Notes under the pieces: model-generated | What the model was told of the DNA's origin: nothing | The model's input: the letters and a program-made list of their open reading frames with translations, nothing else | The model's database searches: none | Shown: one piece after another, positions 1-14,011 of the stretch | Numbering within the stretch: the first letter of the stretch is position 1 | How the letters are laid out: each line of letters starts with the position of its first letter | NCBI RefSeq assembly: GCF_035084215.1 | Contig: NW_027139538.1 | Location: forward strand, 1 to 64,000 | DNA from: Heptranchias perlo | Lineage: Eukaryota | Direction: 5' to 3' | Length of the DNA: 64,000 bases | Translations under genes and position numbers: made by a program

Positions 1-3000
1 TTGACACATCCCACAGTTATATATAATATATAATAATGGACACACAGTCCCACCTCCAGTACTGGCACATCCCACAGTTATATATAATATATAATAATGG
101 ACACACAGTCCCACCTCCTGTACTGACACATCCCACAGTTATATATAATATATAATAATGGGCACACAGTCCCACCTCCTGTACTGACACACCCCACAGT
201 TATATATAATATATAATAATGGACACACAGTCCCACCTCCTGTATTGACACATCCCACAGTTATATATAATATATAATAATGGGCACACAGTCCCACCTC
301 CTGTACTGACACACCCCACAGTTATATATAATATATAATAATGGACACACAGTCCCACCTCCTGTACTGACACATCCCACAGTTATATATAATATATAAT
401 AATGGACACACAGTCCCACCTCCTGTACTGGCACATCCCACAGTTATATATAATATATAATAATGGACACACAGTCCCACCTCCTGTACTGACACATCCC
501 ACAGTTATATATAATATATAATAATGGGCACACAGTCCCACCTCCTGTACTGACACATCCCACAGTTATATATAATATATAATAATGGACACACAGTCCC
601 ACCTCCTGTACTGGCACATCCCACAGTTATATATAATATATAATAATGGGACACACAGTCCCACCTCCTGTACTGACACATCCCACAGTTATATATAATA
701 TATAATAATGGACACACAGTCCCACCTCCTGTACTGGCACATCCCACAGTTATATATAATATATAATAATGGACACACAGTCCCACCTCCTGTACTGACA
801 CATCCCACAGTTATATATAATATATAATAATGGACACACAGTCCCACCCCCTGTACTGACACATCCCACAGTTATATATAATATATAATAATGGACACAC
901 AGTCCCACCTCCTGTACTGACACATCCCACAGTTATATATAATATATAATAATGGACACACAGTCCCACCTCCTGTACTGACACACCCCACAGTTATATA
1001 TAATATATAATAATGGACACACAGTCCCACCCCCTGTACTGACACACCCCACAGTTATATATAATATATAATAATGGACACACAGTCCCACCTCCTGTAC
1101 TGACACATCCCACAGTTATATATAATATATAATAATGGACACACAGTCCCACCTCCTGTACTGACACACCCCACAGTTATATATAATATATAATAATGGA
1201 CACACAGTCCCACCTCCTGTACTGACACATCCCACAGTTATATATAATATATAATAATGGACACACAGTCCCACCTCCTGTACTGACACATCCCACAGTT
1301 ATATATAATATATAATAATGGACACACAGTCCCACCTCCTGTACTGACACACCCCACAGTTATATATAATATATAATAATGGACACACAGTCCCACCCCC
1401 TGTACTGACACACCCCACAGTTATATATAATATATAATAATGGACACACAGTCCCACCTCCTGTACTGACACATCCCACAGTTATATATAATATATAATA
1501 ATGGACACACAGTCCCACCTCCTGTACTGACACACCCCACAGTTATATATAATATATAATAATGGACACACAGTCCCACCCCCTGTACTGACACATCCCA
1601 CAGTTATATATAATATATAATAATGGACACACAGTCCCACCTCCTGTACTGACACACCCCACAGTTATATATAATATATAATAATGGACACACAGTCCCA
1701 CCTCCTGTACTGACACATCCCACAGTTATATATAATATATAATAATGGACACACAGTCCCACCTCCTGTACTGACACATCCCACAGTTATTTATAATATA
1801 TAATAATGGACACACAGTCCCACCCCCTGTACTGACACACCCCACAGTTATATATAATATATAATAATGGACACACAGTCCCACCTCCTGTACTGACACA
1901 CCCCACAGTTATATATAATATATAATAATGGACACACAGTCCCACCCCCTGTACTGACACATCCCACAGTTATATATAATATATAATAATGGACACACAG
2001 TCCCACCTCCTGTACTGACACACCCCACAGTTATATATAATATATAATAATGGACACACAGTCCCACCTCCTGTACTGACACATCCCACAGTTATATATA
2101 ATATATAATAATGGACACACAGTCCCACCTCCTGTACTGACACATCCCACAGTTATATATAATATATAATAATGGACACACAGTCCCACCTCCTGTACTG
2201 ACACATCCCACAGTTATATATAATATATAATAATGGACACACAGTCCCACCTCCTGTACTGACACATCCCACAGTTATATATAATATATAATAATGGACA
2301 CACAGTCCCACCTCCTGTACTGACACATCCCACAGTTATTTATAATATATAATAATGGACACACAGTCCCACCTCCTGTACTGACACATCCCACAGTTAT
2401 ATATAATATATAATAATGGACACACAGTCCCACCTCCTGTACTGACACATCCCACAGTTATTTATAATATATAATAATGGACACACAGTCCCACCTCCTG
2501 TACTGACACATCCCACAGTTATATATAATATATAATAATGGACACACAGTCCCACCTCCTGTACTGACACATCCCACAGTTATATATAATATATAATAAT
2601 GGACACACAGTCCCACCTCCTGTACTGACACATCCCACAGTTATATATAATATATAATAATGGACACACAGTCCCACCTCCTGTACTGACACATCCCACA
2701 GTTATATATAATATATAATAATGGACACACAGTCCCACCTCCTGTACTGACACATCCCACAGTGATATATAATATATAATAATGGACACACAGTCCCACC
2801 CCCTGTACTGACACACCCACAGTTATATATAATATATAATAATGGGCACACAGTCCCACCTCCTGTACTGACACACCCCACAGTTATATATAATATATAA
2901 TAATGGGCACACAGTCCCACCTCCTGTACTGACACATCCCACAGTTATATATAATATATAATAATGGACACACAGTCCCACCTCCTGTACTGACACATCC

Positions 3001-6000
3001 CACAGTTATTTATAATATATAATAATGGACACACAGTCCCACCTCCTGTACTGACACATCCCACAGTGATATATAATATATAATAATGGACACACAGTCC
3101 CACCTCCTGTACTGACACATCCCACAGTTATATATAATATATAATAATGGACACACAGTCCCACCTCCTGTACTGACACACCCCACAGTTATATATAATA
3201 TATAATAATGGACACACAGTCCCACCTCCTGTACTGACACATCCCACAGTTATATATAATATATAATAATGGACACACAGTCCCACCTCCTGTACTGACA
3301 CATCCCACAGTTATATATAATATATAATAATGGACACACAGTCCCACCTCCTGTACTGACACATCCCACAGTTATATATAATATATAATAATGGGCACAC
3401 AGTCCCACCCCCTGTACTGACACATCCCACAGTTATATATAATATATAATAATGGACACACAGTCCCACCCCCTGTACTGACACATCCCACAGTTATATA
3501 TAATATATAATAATGGACACACAGTCCCACCCCCTGTACTGACACATCCCACAGTTATATATAATATATAATAATGGACACACAGTCCCACCTCCTGTAC
3601 TGACACATCCCACAGTTATATATAATATATAATAATGGCACACAGTCCCACCCCCTGTACTGACACATCCCACAGTTATATATAATATATAATAATGGAC
3701 ACACAGTCCCACCCCCTGTACTGACACATCCCACAGTTATATATAATATATAATAATGGACACACAGTCCCACCTCCTGTACTGACACACCCCACAGTTA
3801 TATATAATATATAATAATGGACACACAGTCCCACCCCCTGTACTGACACATCCCACAGTTATATATAATATATAATAATGGACACACAGTCCCACCTCCT
3901 GTACTGGCACATCCCACAGTTATATATAATATATAATAATGGACACACAGTCCCACCTCCTGTACTGACACACCCCACAGTTATATATAATATATAATAA
4001 TGGACACACAGTCCCACCCCCTGTACTGACACATCCCACAGTTATATATAATATATAATAATGGACACACAGTCCCACCCCCTGTACTGACACATCCCAC
4101 AGTTATATATAATATATAATAATGGACACACAGTCCCACCTCCTGTACTGACACATCCCACAGTTATATATAATATATAATAATGGACACACAGTCCCAC
4201 CTCCTGTACTGACACACCCCACAGTTATATATAATATATAATAATGGACACACAGTCCCACCCCCTGTACTGACACATCCCACAGTTATATATAATATAT
4301 AATAATGGACACACAGTCCCACCTCCAGTACTGACACATCCCACAGTTATATATAATATATAATAATGGACACACAGTCCCACCCCCTGTACTGACACAT
4401 CCCACAGTTATATATAATATATAATAATGGGCACACAGTCCCACCTCCTGTACTGACACATCCCACAGTTATATATAATATATAATAATGGACACACAGT
4501 CCCACCTCCTGTACTGACACATCCCACAGTGATATATAATATATAATAATGGGCACACAGTCCCACCTCCTGTACTGACACATCCCACAGTTATATATAA
4601 TATATAATAATGGACACACAGTCCCACCCCCTGTACTGACACATCCCACAGTTATATATAATATATAATAATGGGCACACAGTCCCACCTCCTGTACTGA
4701 CACATCCCACAGTTATATATAATATATAATAATGGACACACAGTCCCACCTCCTGTACTGACACACCCCACAGTTATATATAATATATAATAATGGACAC
4801 ACAGTCCCACCTCCTGTACTGACACATCCCACAGTTATATATAATATATAATAATGGGCACACAGTCCCACCTCCTGTACTGACACATCCCACAGTTATA
4901 TATAATATATAATAATGGACACACAGTCCCACCTCCTGTACTGACACATCCCACAGTTATATATAATATATAATAATGGGCACACAGTCCCACCTCCTGT
5001 ACTGGCACACCCCACAGTTATATATAATATATAATAATGGACACACAGTCCCACCTCCTGTACTGACACACCCCACAGTTATATATAATATATAATAATG
5101 GGCACACAGTCCCACCTCCTGTACTGACACATCCCACAGTTATATATAATATATAATAATGGACACACAGTCCCACCTCCTGTACTGACACATCCCACAG
5201 TTATATATAATATATAATAATGGACACACAGTCCCACCTCCTGTACTGACACATCCCACAGTTATATATAATATATAATAATGGACACACAGTCCCACCC
5301 CCTGTACTGACACATCCCACAGTTATATATAATATATAATAATGGGCACACAGTCCCACCTCCTGTACTGACACATCCCACAGTTATATATAATATATAA
5401 TAATGGACACACAGTCCCACCTCCTGTACTGACACATCCCACAGTTATATATAATATATAATAATGGACACACAGTCACACCTCCTGTACTGACACATCC
5501 CACAGTTATATATAATATATAATAATGGACACACAGTCCCACCTCCTGTACTGACACATCCCACAGTTATATATAATATATAATAATGGACACACAGTCC
5601 CACCCCCTGTACTGGCACATCCCACAGTTATATATAATATATAATAATGGACACACAGTCCCACCCCCTGTACTGACACATCCCACAGTTATATATAATA
5701 TATAATAATGGACACACAGTCCCACCTCCTGTACTGGCACATCCCACAGTTATATATAATATATAATAATGGACACACAGTCCCACCTCCTGTACTGACA
5801 CACCCCACAGTTATATATAATATATAATAATGGACACACAGTCCCACCCCCTGTACTGACACATCCCACAGTTATATATAATATATAATAATGGACACAC
5901 AGTCCCACCTCCTGTACTGACACATCCCACAGTTATATATAATATATAATAATGGACACACAGTCCCACCTCCTGTACTGACACACCCCACAGTTATATA

Positions 6001-9000
6001 TAATATATAATAATGGACACACAGTCCCACCTCCTGTACTGGCACATCCCACAGTTATATATAATATATAATAATGGGCACAGAGTCCCACCTCCTGTAC
6101 TGACACATCCCACAGTTATATATAATATATAATAATGGGCACACAGTCCCACCCCCTGTACTGACACATCCCACAGTTATATATAATATATAATAATGGA
6201 CACACAGTCCCACCTCCTGTACTGACACATCCCACAGTTATATATAATATATAATAATGGACACACAGTCCCACCTCCTGTACTGACACATCCCACAGTT
6301 ATATATAATATATAATAATGGACACACAGTCACACCTCCTGTACTGACACATCCCACAGTTATATATAATATATAATAATGGACACACAGTCCCACCTCC
6401 TGTACTGACACATCCCACAGTTATATATAATATATAATAATGGACACACAGTCCCACCTCCTGTACTGACACATCCCACAGTTATATATAATATATAATA
6501 ATGGACACACAGTCCCACCCCCTGTACTGACACATCCCACAGTTATATATAATATATAATAATGGACACACAGTCCCACCTCCTGTACTGGCACATCCCA
6601 CAGTTATATATAATATATAATAATGGACACACAGTCCCACCTCCTGTACTGACACATCCCACAGTTATATATAATATATAATAATGGACACACAGTCCCA
6701 CCTCCTGTCCTGACACATCCCACAGTTATATATAATATATAATAATGGGCACACAGTCCCACCTCCTGTACTGACACATCCCACAGTTATATATAATATA
6801 TAATAATGGACACACAGTCCCACCTCCTGTACTGACACATCCCACAGTTATATATAATATATAATAATGGGCACACAGTCCCACCCCCTGTACTGACACA
6901 TCCCACAGTGATATATAATATATAATAATGGGCACACAATCCCACCTCCTGTACTGACACATCCCACAGTTATATATAATATATAATAATGGACACACAG
7001 TCCCACCTCCTGTACTGACACACCCCACAGTGATATATAATATATAATAATGGACACACACTCCCACCTCCTGTACTGACACATCCCACAGTTATATATA
7101 ATATATAATAATGGGCACACAATCCCACCTCCAGTACTGACACATCCCACAGTTATATATAATATATAATAATGGGCACACAGTCCCACCTCCTGTACTG
7201 ACACATCCCACAGTTATATATAATATATAATAATGGACACACAGTCCCACCTCCTGTACTGACACATCCCACAGTTATATATAATATATAATAATGGGCA
7301 CACAGTCCCACCCCCTGTACTGACACATCCCACAGTGATATATAATATATAATAATGGGCACACAATCCCACCTCCTGTACTGACACATCCCACAGTTAT
7401 ATATAATATATAATAATGGACACACAGTCCCACCCCCTGTACTGACACATCCCACAGTTATATATAATATATAATAATGGACACACAGTCCCACCTCCTG
7501 TACTGGCACACCCCACAGTTATATATAATATATAATAATGGACACACAGTCCCACCTCCTGTACTGGCACACCCCACAGTTATATATAATATATAATAAT
7601 GGACACACAGTCCCACCCCCTGTACTGACACACCCCACAGTTATATATAATATATAATAATGGACACACAGTCCCACCTCCTGTACTGACACATCCCACA
7701 GTTATATATAATATATAATAATGGACACACAGTCCCACCCCCTGTACTGACACACCCCACAGTTATATATAATATATAATAATGGACACACAGTTCCACC
7801 CCCTGTACTGACACACCCCACAGTTATATATAATATATAATAATGGACACACAGTCCCACCTCCTGTACTGACACATCCCACAGTTATATATAATATATA
7901 ATAATGGACACACAGTCCCACCTCCAGTACTGACACATCCCACAGTTATATATAATATATAATAATGGACACACAGTCCCACCCCCTGTACTGACACATC
8001 CCACAGTTATATATAATATATAATAATGGACACACAGTCCCACCCCCTGTACTGACACATCCCACAGTTATATATAATATATAATAATGGACACACAGTC
8101 CCACCTCCTGTACTGACACACCCCACAGTTATATATAATATATAATAATGGACACACAGTCCCACCCCCTGTACTGACACATCCCACAGTTATATATAAT
8201 ATATAATAATGGACACACAGTCCCACCTCCTGTACTGACACACCCCACAGTTATATATAATATATAATAATGGACACACAGTCCCACCTCCTGTACTGAC
8301 ACATCCCACAGTTATATATAATATATAATAATGGACACACAGTCCCACCCCCTGTACTGACACATCCCACAGTTATATATAATATATAATAATGGACACA
8401 CAGTCCCACCCCCTGTACTGACACATCCCACAGTTATATATAATATATAATAATGGACACACAGTCCCACCTCCTGTACTGACACACCCCACAGTTATAT
8501 ATAATATATAATAATGGACACACAGTCCCACCTCCTGTACTGACACATCCCACAGTTATATATAATATATAATAATGGACACACAGTCCCACCCCCTGTA
8601 CTGACACATCCCACAGTTATATATAATATATAATAATGGACACACAGTCCCACCCCCTGTACTGACACATCCCACAGTTATATATAATATATAATAATGG
8701 ACACACAGTCCCACCTCCTGTCCTGGCACATCCCACAGTTATATATAATATATAATAATGGACACACAGTCCCACCCCCTGTACTGACACATCCCACAGT
8801 TATATATAATATATAATAATGGACACACAGTCCCACCTCCTGTACTGACACATCCCACAGTTATATATAATATATAATAATGGACACACAGTCCCACCTC
8901 CTGTACTGACACATCCCACAGTTATATATAATATATAATAATGGACACACAGTCCCACCCCCTGTACTGACACATCCCACAGTTATATATAATATATAAT

Positions 9001-12000
9001 AATGGACACACAGTCCCACCCCCTGTACTGACACATCCCACAGTTATATATAATATATAATAATGGACACACAGTCCCACCTCCTGTACTGACACATCCC
9101 ACAGTTATATATAATATATAATAATGGACACACAGTCCCACCTCCTGTACTGACACATCCCACAGTTATATATAATATATAATAATGGGCACACAGTCCC
9201 ACCTCCTGTACTGACACATCCCACAGTTATATATAATATATAATAATGGACACACAATCCCACCCCCTGTACTGACACATCCCACAGTTATATATAATAT
9301 ATAATAATGGGCACACAGTCCCACCCCCTGTACTGACACATCCCACAGTTATATATAATATATAATAATGGGCACACAGTCCCACCTCCTGTACTGACAC
9401 ATCCCACAGTTATATATAATATATAATAATGGGCACACAGTCCCACCTCCTGTACTGACACATCCCACAGTTATATATAATATATAATAATGGACACACA
9501 GTCCCACCCCCTGTACTGACACATCCCACAGTTATATATAATATATAATAATGGACACACAGTCCCACCTCCTGTACTGACACATCCCACAGTTATATAT
9601 AATATATAATAATGGGCACACAGTCCCACCTCCTGTACTGACACATCCCACAGTTATATATAATATATAATAATGGGCACACAATCCCACCTCCTGTACT
9701 GACACATCCCACAGTTATATATAATATATAATAATGGACACACAGTCCCACCTCCTGTACTGACACATCCCACAGTTATATATAATATATAATAATGGAC
9801 ACACAGTCCCACCTCCTGTACTGACACATCCCACAGTTATATATAATATATAATAATGGACACACAGTCCCACCCCCTGTACTGACACATCCCACAGTTA
9901 TATATAATATATAATAATGGACACACAGTCCCACCTCCTGTACTGGCACACCCCACAGTTATATATAATATATAATAATGGACACACAGTCCCACCTCCT
10001 GTACTGGCACACCCCACAGTTATATATAATATATAATAATGGACACACAGTCCCACCCCCTGTACTGACACACCCCACAGTTATATATAATATATAATAA
10101 TGGACACACAGTCCCACCTCCTGTACTGACACATCCCACAGTTATATATAATATATAATAATGGACACACAGTCCCACCCCCTGTACTGACACACCCCAC
10201 AGTTATATATAATATATAATAATGGACACACAGTCCCACCTCCTGTACTGACACATCCCACAGTTATATATAATATATAATAATGGACACACAGTCCCAC
10301 CCCCTGTACTGACACACCCCACAGTTATATATAATATATAATAATGGACACACAGTTCCACCCCCTGTACTGACACACCCCACAGTTATATATAATATAT
10401 AATAATGGACACACAGTCCCACCTCCTGTACTGACACATCCCACAGTTATATATAATATATAATAATGGACACACAGTCCCACCCCCTGTACTGACACAT
10501 CCCACAGTTATATATAATATATAATAATGGACACACAGTCCCACCTCCTGTACTGACACATCCCACAGTTATATATAATATATAATAATGGACACACAGT
10601 CCCACCTCCTGTACTGACACATCCCACAGTTATATATAATATATAATAATGGACACACAGTCCCACCTCCAGTACTGACACATCCCACAGTTATATATAA
10701 TATATAATAATGGACACACAGTCCCACCCCCTGTACTGACACATCCCACAGTTATATATAATATATAATAATGGACACACAGTCCCACCTCCTGTACTGA
10801 CACACCCCACAGTTATATATAATATATAATAATGGACACACAGTCCCACCTCCTGTACTGACACATCCCACAGTTATATATAATATATAATAATGGACAC
10901 ACAGTCCCACCCCCTGTACTGACACATCCCACAGTTATATATAATATATAATAATGGACACACAGTCCCACCCCCTGTACTGACACATCCCACAGTTATA
11001 TATAATATATAATAATGGACACACAGTCCCACCCCCTGTACTGACACATCCCACAGTTATATATAATATATAATAATGGACACACAGTCCCACCTCCTGT
11101 ACTGACACATCCCACAGTTATATATAATATATAATAATGGACACACAGTCCCACCTCCTGTACTGACACATCCCACAGTTATATATAATATATAATAATG
11201 GACACACAGTCCCACCCCCTGTACTGACACATCCCACAGTTATATATAATATATAATAATGGACACACAGTCCCACCTCCTGTACTGACACATCCCACAG
11301 TTATATATAATATATAATAATGGACACACAGTCCCACCTCCTGTACTGGCACATCCCACAGTTATATATAATATATAATAATGGACACACAGTCCCACCT
11401 CCTGTACTGGCACATCCCACAGTTATATATAATATATAATAATGGACACACAGTCCCACCCCCTGTACTGACACATCCCACAGTTATATATAATATATAA
11501 TAATGGGCACACAGTCCCACCCCCTGTACTGACACATCCCACAGTTATATATAATATATAATAATGGACACACAGTCCCACCCCCTGTACTGACACATCC
11601 CACAGTTATATATAATATATAATAATGGGCACACAGTCCCACCCCCTGTACTGGCACATCCCACAGTTATATATAATATATAATAATGGACACACAGTCC
11701 CACCTCCTGTACTGACACATCCCACAGTTATATATAATATATAATAATGGACACACAGTCCCACCTCCTGTACTGACACATCCCACAGTTATATATAATA
11801 TATAATAATGGACACACAGTCCCACCTCCTGTACTGGCACATCCCACAGTTATATATAATATATAATAATGGACACACAGTCCCACCTCCTGTACTGACA
11901 CATCCCACAGTTATATATAATATATAATAATGGGCACACAGTCCCACCTCCTGTACTGACACATCCCACAGTTATATATAATATATAATAATGGACACAC

Positions 12001-12561
12001 AGTCCCACCCCCTGTACTGACACATCCCACAGTTATATATAATATATAATAATGGACACACAGTCCCACCTCCTGTACTGACACACCCCACAGTTATATA
12101 TAATATATAATAATGGACACACAGTCCCACCTCCTGTACTGGCACATCCCACAGTTATATATAATATATAATAATGGGCACACAGTCCCACCTCCTGTAC
12201 TGACACATCCCACAGTTATATATAATATATAATAATGGACACACAGTCCCACCTCCTGTACTGACACATCCCACAGTTATATATAACATATAATAATGTA
12301 CACACAGTCCCACCTCCTGTACTGACATATCCCACAGTTATATATAATATATAATAATGGACACACAGTCCCACCTCCTGTACTGGCACATCCCACAGTT
12401 ATTTATAATAGATAATAATGGACACACAGTCCCACCTCCTGTACTGGCACATCCCACAGTTATATATAATATATAATAATGGACACACAGTCCCACCTCC
12501 TGGACTGACACATCCCACAGTTATATATAATATATAATAATGGACACACAGTCCCACCTCC
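1..12561. repeat. 61-bp tandem satellite (~206 copies), runs off the left edge
   Basis: Unit CACAGTTATATATAATATATAATAATGGACACACAGTCCCACCTCCTGTACTGACACATCC repeated head to tail. It shifts 1 nt per 60-nt line, giving a period of 61. A few recurrent variant sites (GGA/GGG, CTC/CCC, TGA/TGG, ATC/ACC, GTT/GTG). Confidence 0.99.
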
Positions 12562-12562
12562 T

Positions 12563-12721
12563 GGAGGGAGAGAGGGTGAGGAACGGGGAGAGGGAGAGAG
12601 GGTGAGGGAGGGAGGGAGAAGGTGAGGGAGGGAGGGGGAGAGGGAGAGAGGGAGAGGGTGAGGGAGGGGGAGAGGGAGAGAGGGAGAGAGGGTGAGGGAG
12701 GGAGGGGGAGAGGGGGAGAGG
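12563..12721 (+). repeat. Polypurine (G/A-rich) low-complexity tract
   Basis: Almost pure G/A with GGG runs (GAGGGAGAGAGGGTGAGGGAGGGAGG...), lying between the satellite and the J RSS. Confidence 0.95.
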
Positions 12722-12738
12722 CTCACGCAGGGGGCAGA

Positions 12739-12777
12739 GGATATTGTACAGCTCCTGCACTGTCAGCTCTCAGTGTG
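12739..12777 (-). promoter_or_regulatory. Recombination signal sequence of the J segment (23-bp spacer)
   Basis: Plus strand reads nonamer GGATATTGT (12739-12747; consensus GGTTTTTGT, 7/9), exactly 23-nt spacer (12748-12770), heptamer CAGTGTG (12771-12777; consensus CACTGTG, 6/7) abutting the J coding sequence. A 23-spacer at J is the kappa-type configuration. Confidence 0.92.
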
Positions 12778-12812
12778 GGTTACGTTCGGTAAAGGAACCA
12801 AGCTCAGACTCA
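12778..12812 (+). CDS. IGKJ: Immunoglobulin light-chain J segment (kappa/NS4-like), germline unrearranged
   Basis: g GTT ACG TTC GGT AAA GGA ACC AAG CTC AGA CTC A encodes VTFGKGTKLRL, with the FGxGT motif. A phase-1 donor GTGAGT follows at 12813. It splices in frame to the C exon (A+CC = Thr, then REKVQPS). Too short for the ORF track. Confidence 0.95.
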
Positions 12813-13396
12813 GTGAGTAAATTTACTAACCATTATTAACCCGTTAAATGCTGAACCTTTCTCACACACCAATGCTGAATACTCGAAGGTGTTGGTGGGG
12901 AGCTGCGGTGAATGAAATGGTTCATTGAAGAGTACTTTGTATGACAGGGTCCCAGGCGGTACTTTCTTTAGTTCCACTCCCCCCTTCGACCAGCAAAGTA
13001 TAAGTAACAAACTTTTACTGAGAGTGTGGAGGAGATCTGGGCGTTTGCAGACTGCAGTCACATTCCTGCACCATTGAGTGGAATAACTCACTGGAATCCT
13101 GGCAGTCTCAGTGCCAACAGACACGGGCAGAGTGTGGGGTGAGCCCTGGGCACTCTGTGCCCTGTAGGACTCTCTCTGATGTAACTGAGCACAGCATCAG
13201 CACAGTGAGACAAGCACAGAGGTCCCACCTCGAAACACACAACTCTCCTCCAGCTTTAACTGGGAGATCTGTCCAGTCCCCCGTTACCTGGTGTCCAAGT
13301 TCTGCTCACAAACGGGTACAGCAGGGCTCTCAATCGATTGGATTCATGTTCAAGGGGTTTGGGGAGACTCTCAGTTGCTTTTTCTTTGGGTCGAGT

Positions 13397-13601
13397 CCAG
13401 GTCGATATTTACCCCAAAAACCAACATCGCTAAAAATGGCCATTTATCTCATTGCTGTTTGTGGGATCTTGCTGTGCACAAATTGGCTGCCACATTTCCC
13501 ACATTACAACAGTGACTACACTTCAGAAAAAGTACTTCATTGGCTGTAAAGCACTTTGGGCGGTCCTGGGATTGTGAAAGGTGCCATAAAAATACAAGTT
13601 C
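13397..13601 (+). mobile_element. 5'-truncated Deu-domain SINE (SacSINE1/AmnSINE1-like), 3' portion
   Basis: CATTGCTGTTTGTGGGATCTTGCTGTGCACAAATTGGCTGCC...ACAACAGTGACTACACTTCA...TTCATTGGCTGTAAAGCACTTTGGG...AAAGGTGCCATAAAAATACAAG. It aligns internally with 14677-14756. Family assignment is from recall of the DeuSINE consensus. Confidence 0.8.
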
Positions 13602-14011
13602 CTCCCATTCTTTTGATGAACTGGGGTCTCAGACAATTCCCCTGTTTAAATCTGAACCGGCAGAAAATCCCCCCAGAAAACTGATTAATATTGGCCTGAT
13701 TTGTCTGCGTGTTTATTAGACGTGACAGACCAGACAGGGAGAGTTTCACCAGCAACAAAGGACGTTCCATTCGTGCCCGTCCCACTTTCCCGATCGACTT
13801 ACGACATTCTTACAGGTAAACAATCTCTGCCCACTGCCATCGACCGGTTCCATATCACCCCTCTAGACTGTAGGCATACCCGTGATCTGCTCCCCTCCTC
13901 TCTCCTGAAGGCACTGCCTCTGGCTGGGGTAAAGCTCCACCTTCCCCAAGTGGGGTCATTCCTCCAAGTCTGAGCCCGGAGGGTGAGCGCGGCAGGCTAT
14001 TCGACCATGAG

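Noticed and set aside
505-12760. Minus-strand Cys/Tyr/Ile-rich ORFs
   Set aside because: Translations of the 61-bp satellite and the purine tract; they open only where a variant removes a stop.
13355-13405. Additional J segments (FGET, FGSS)
   Set aside because: No FGxG motif, RSS or suitable donor.
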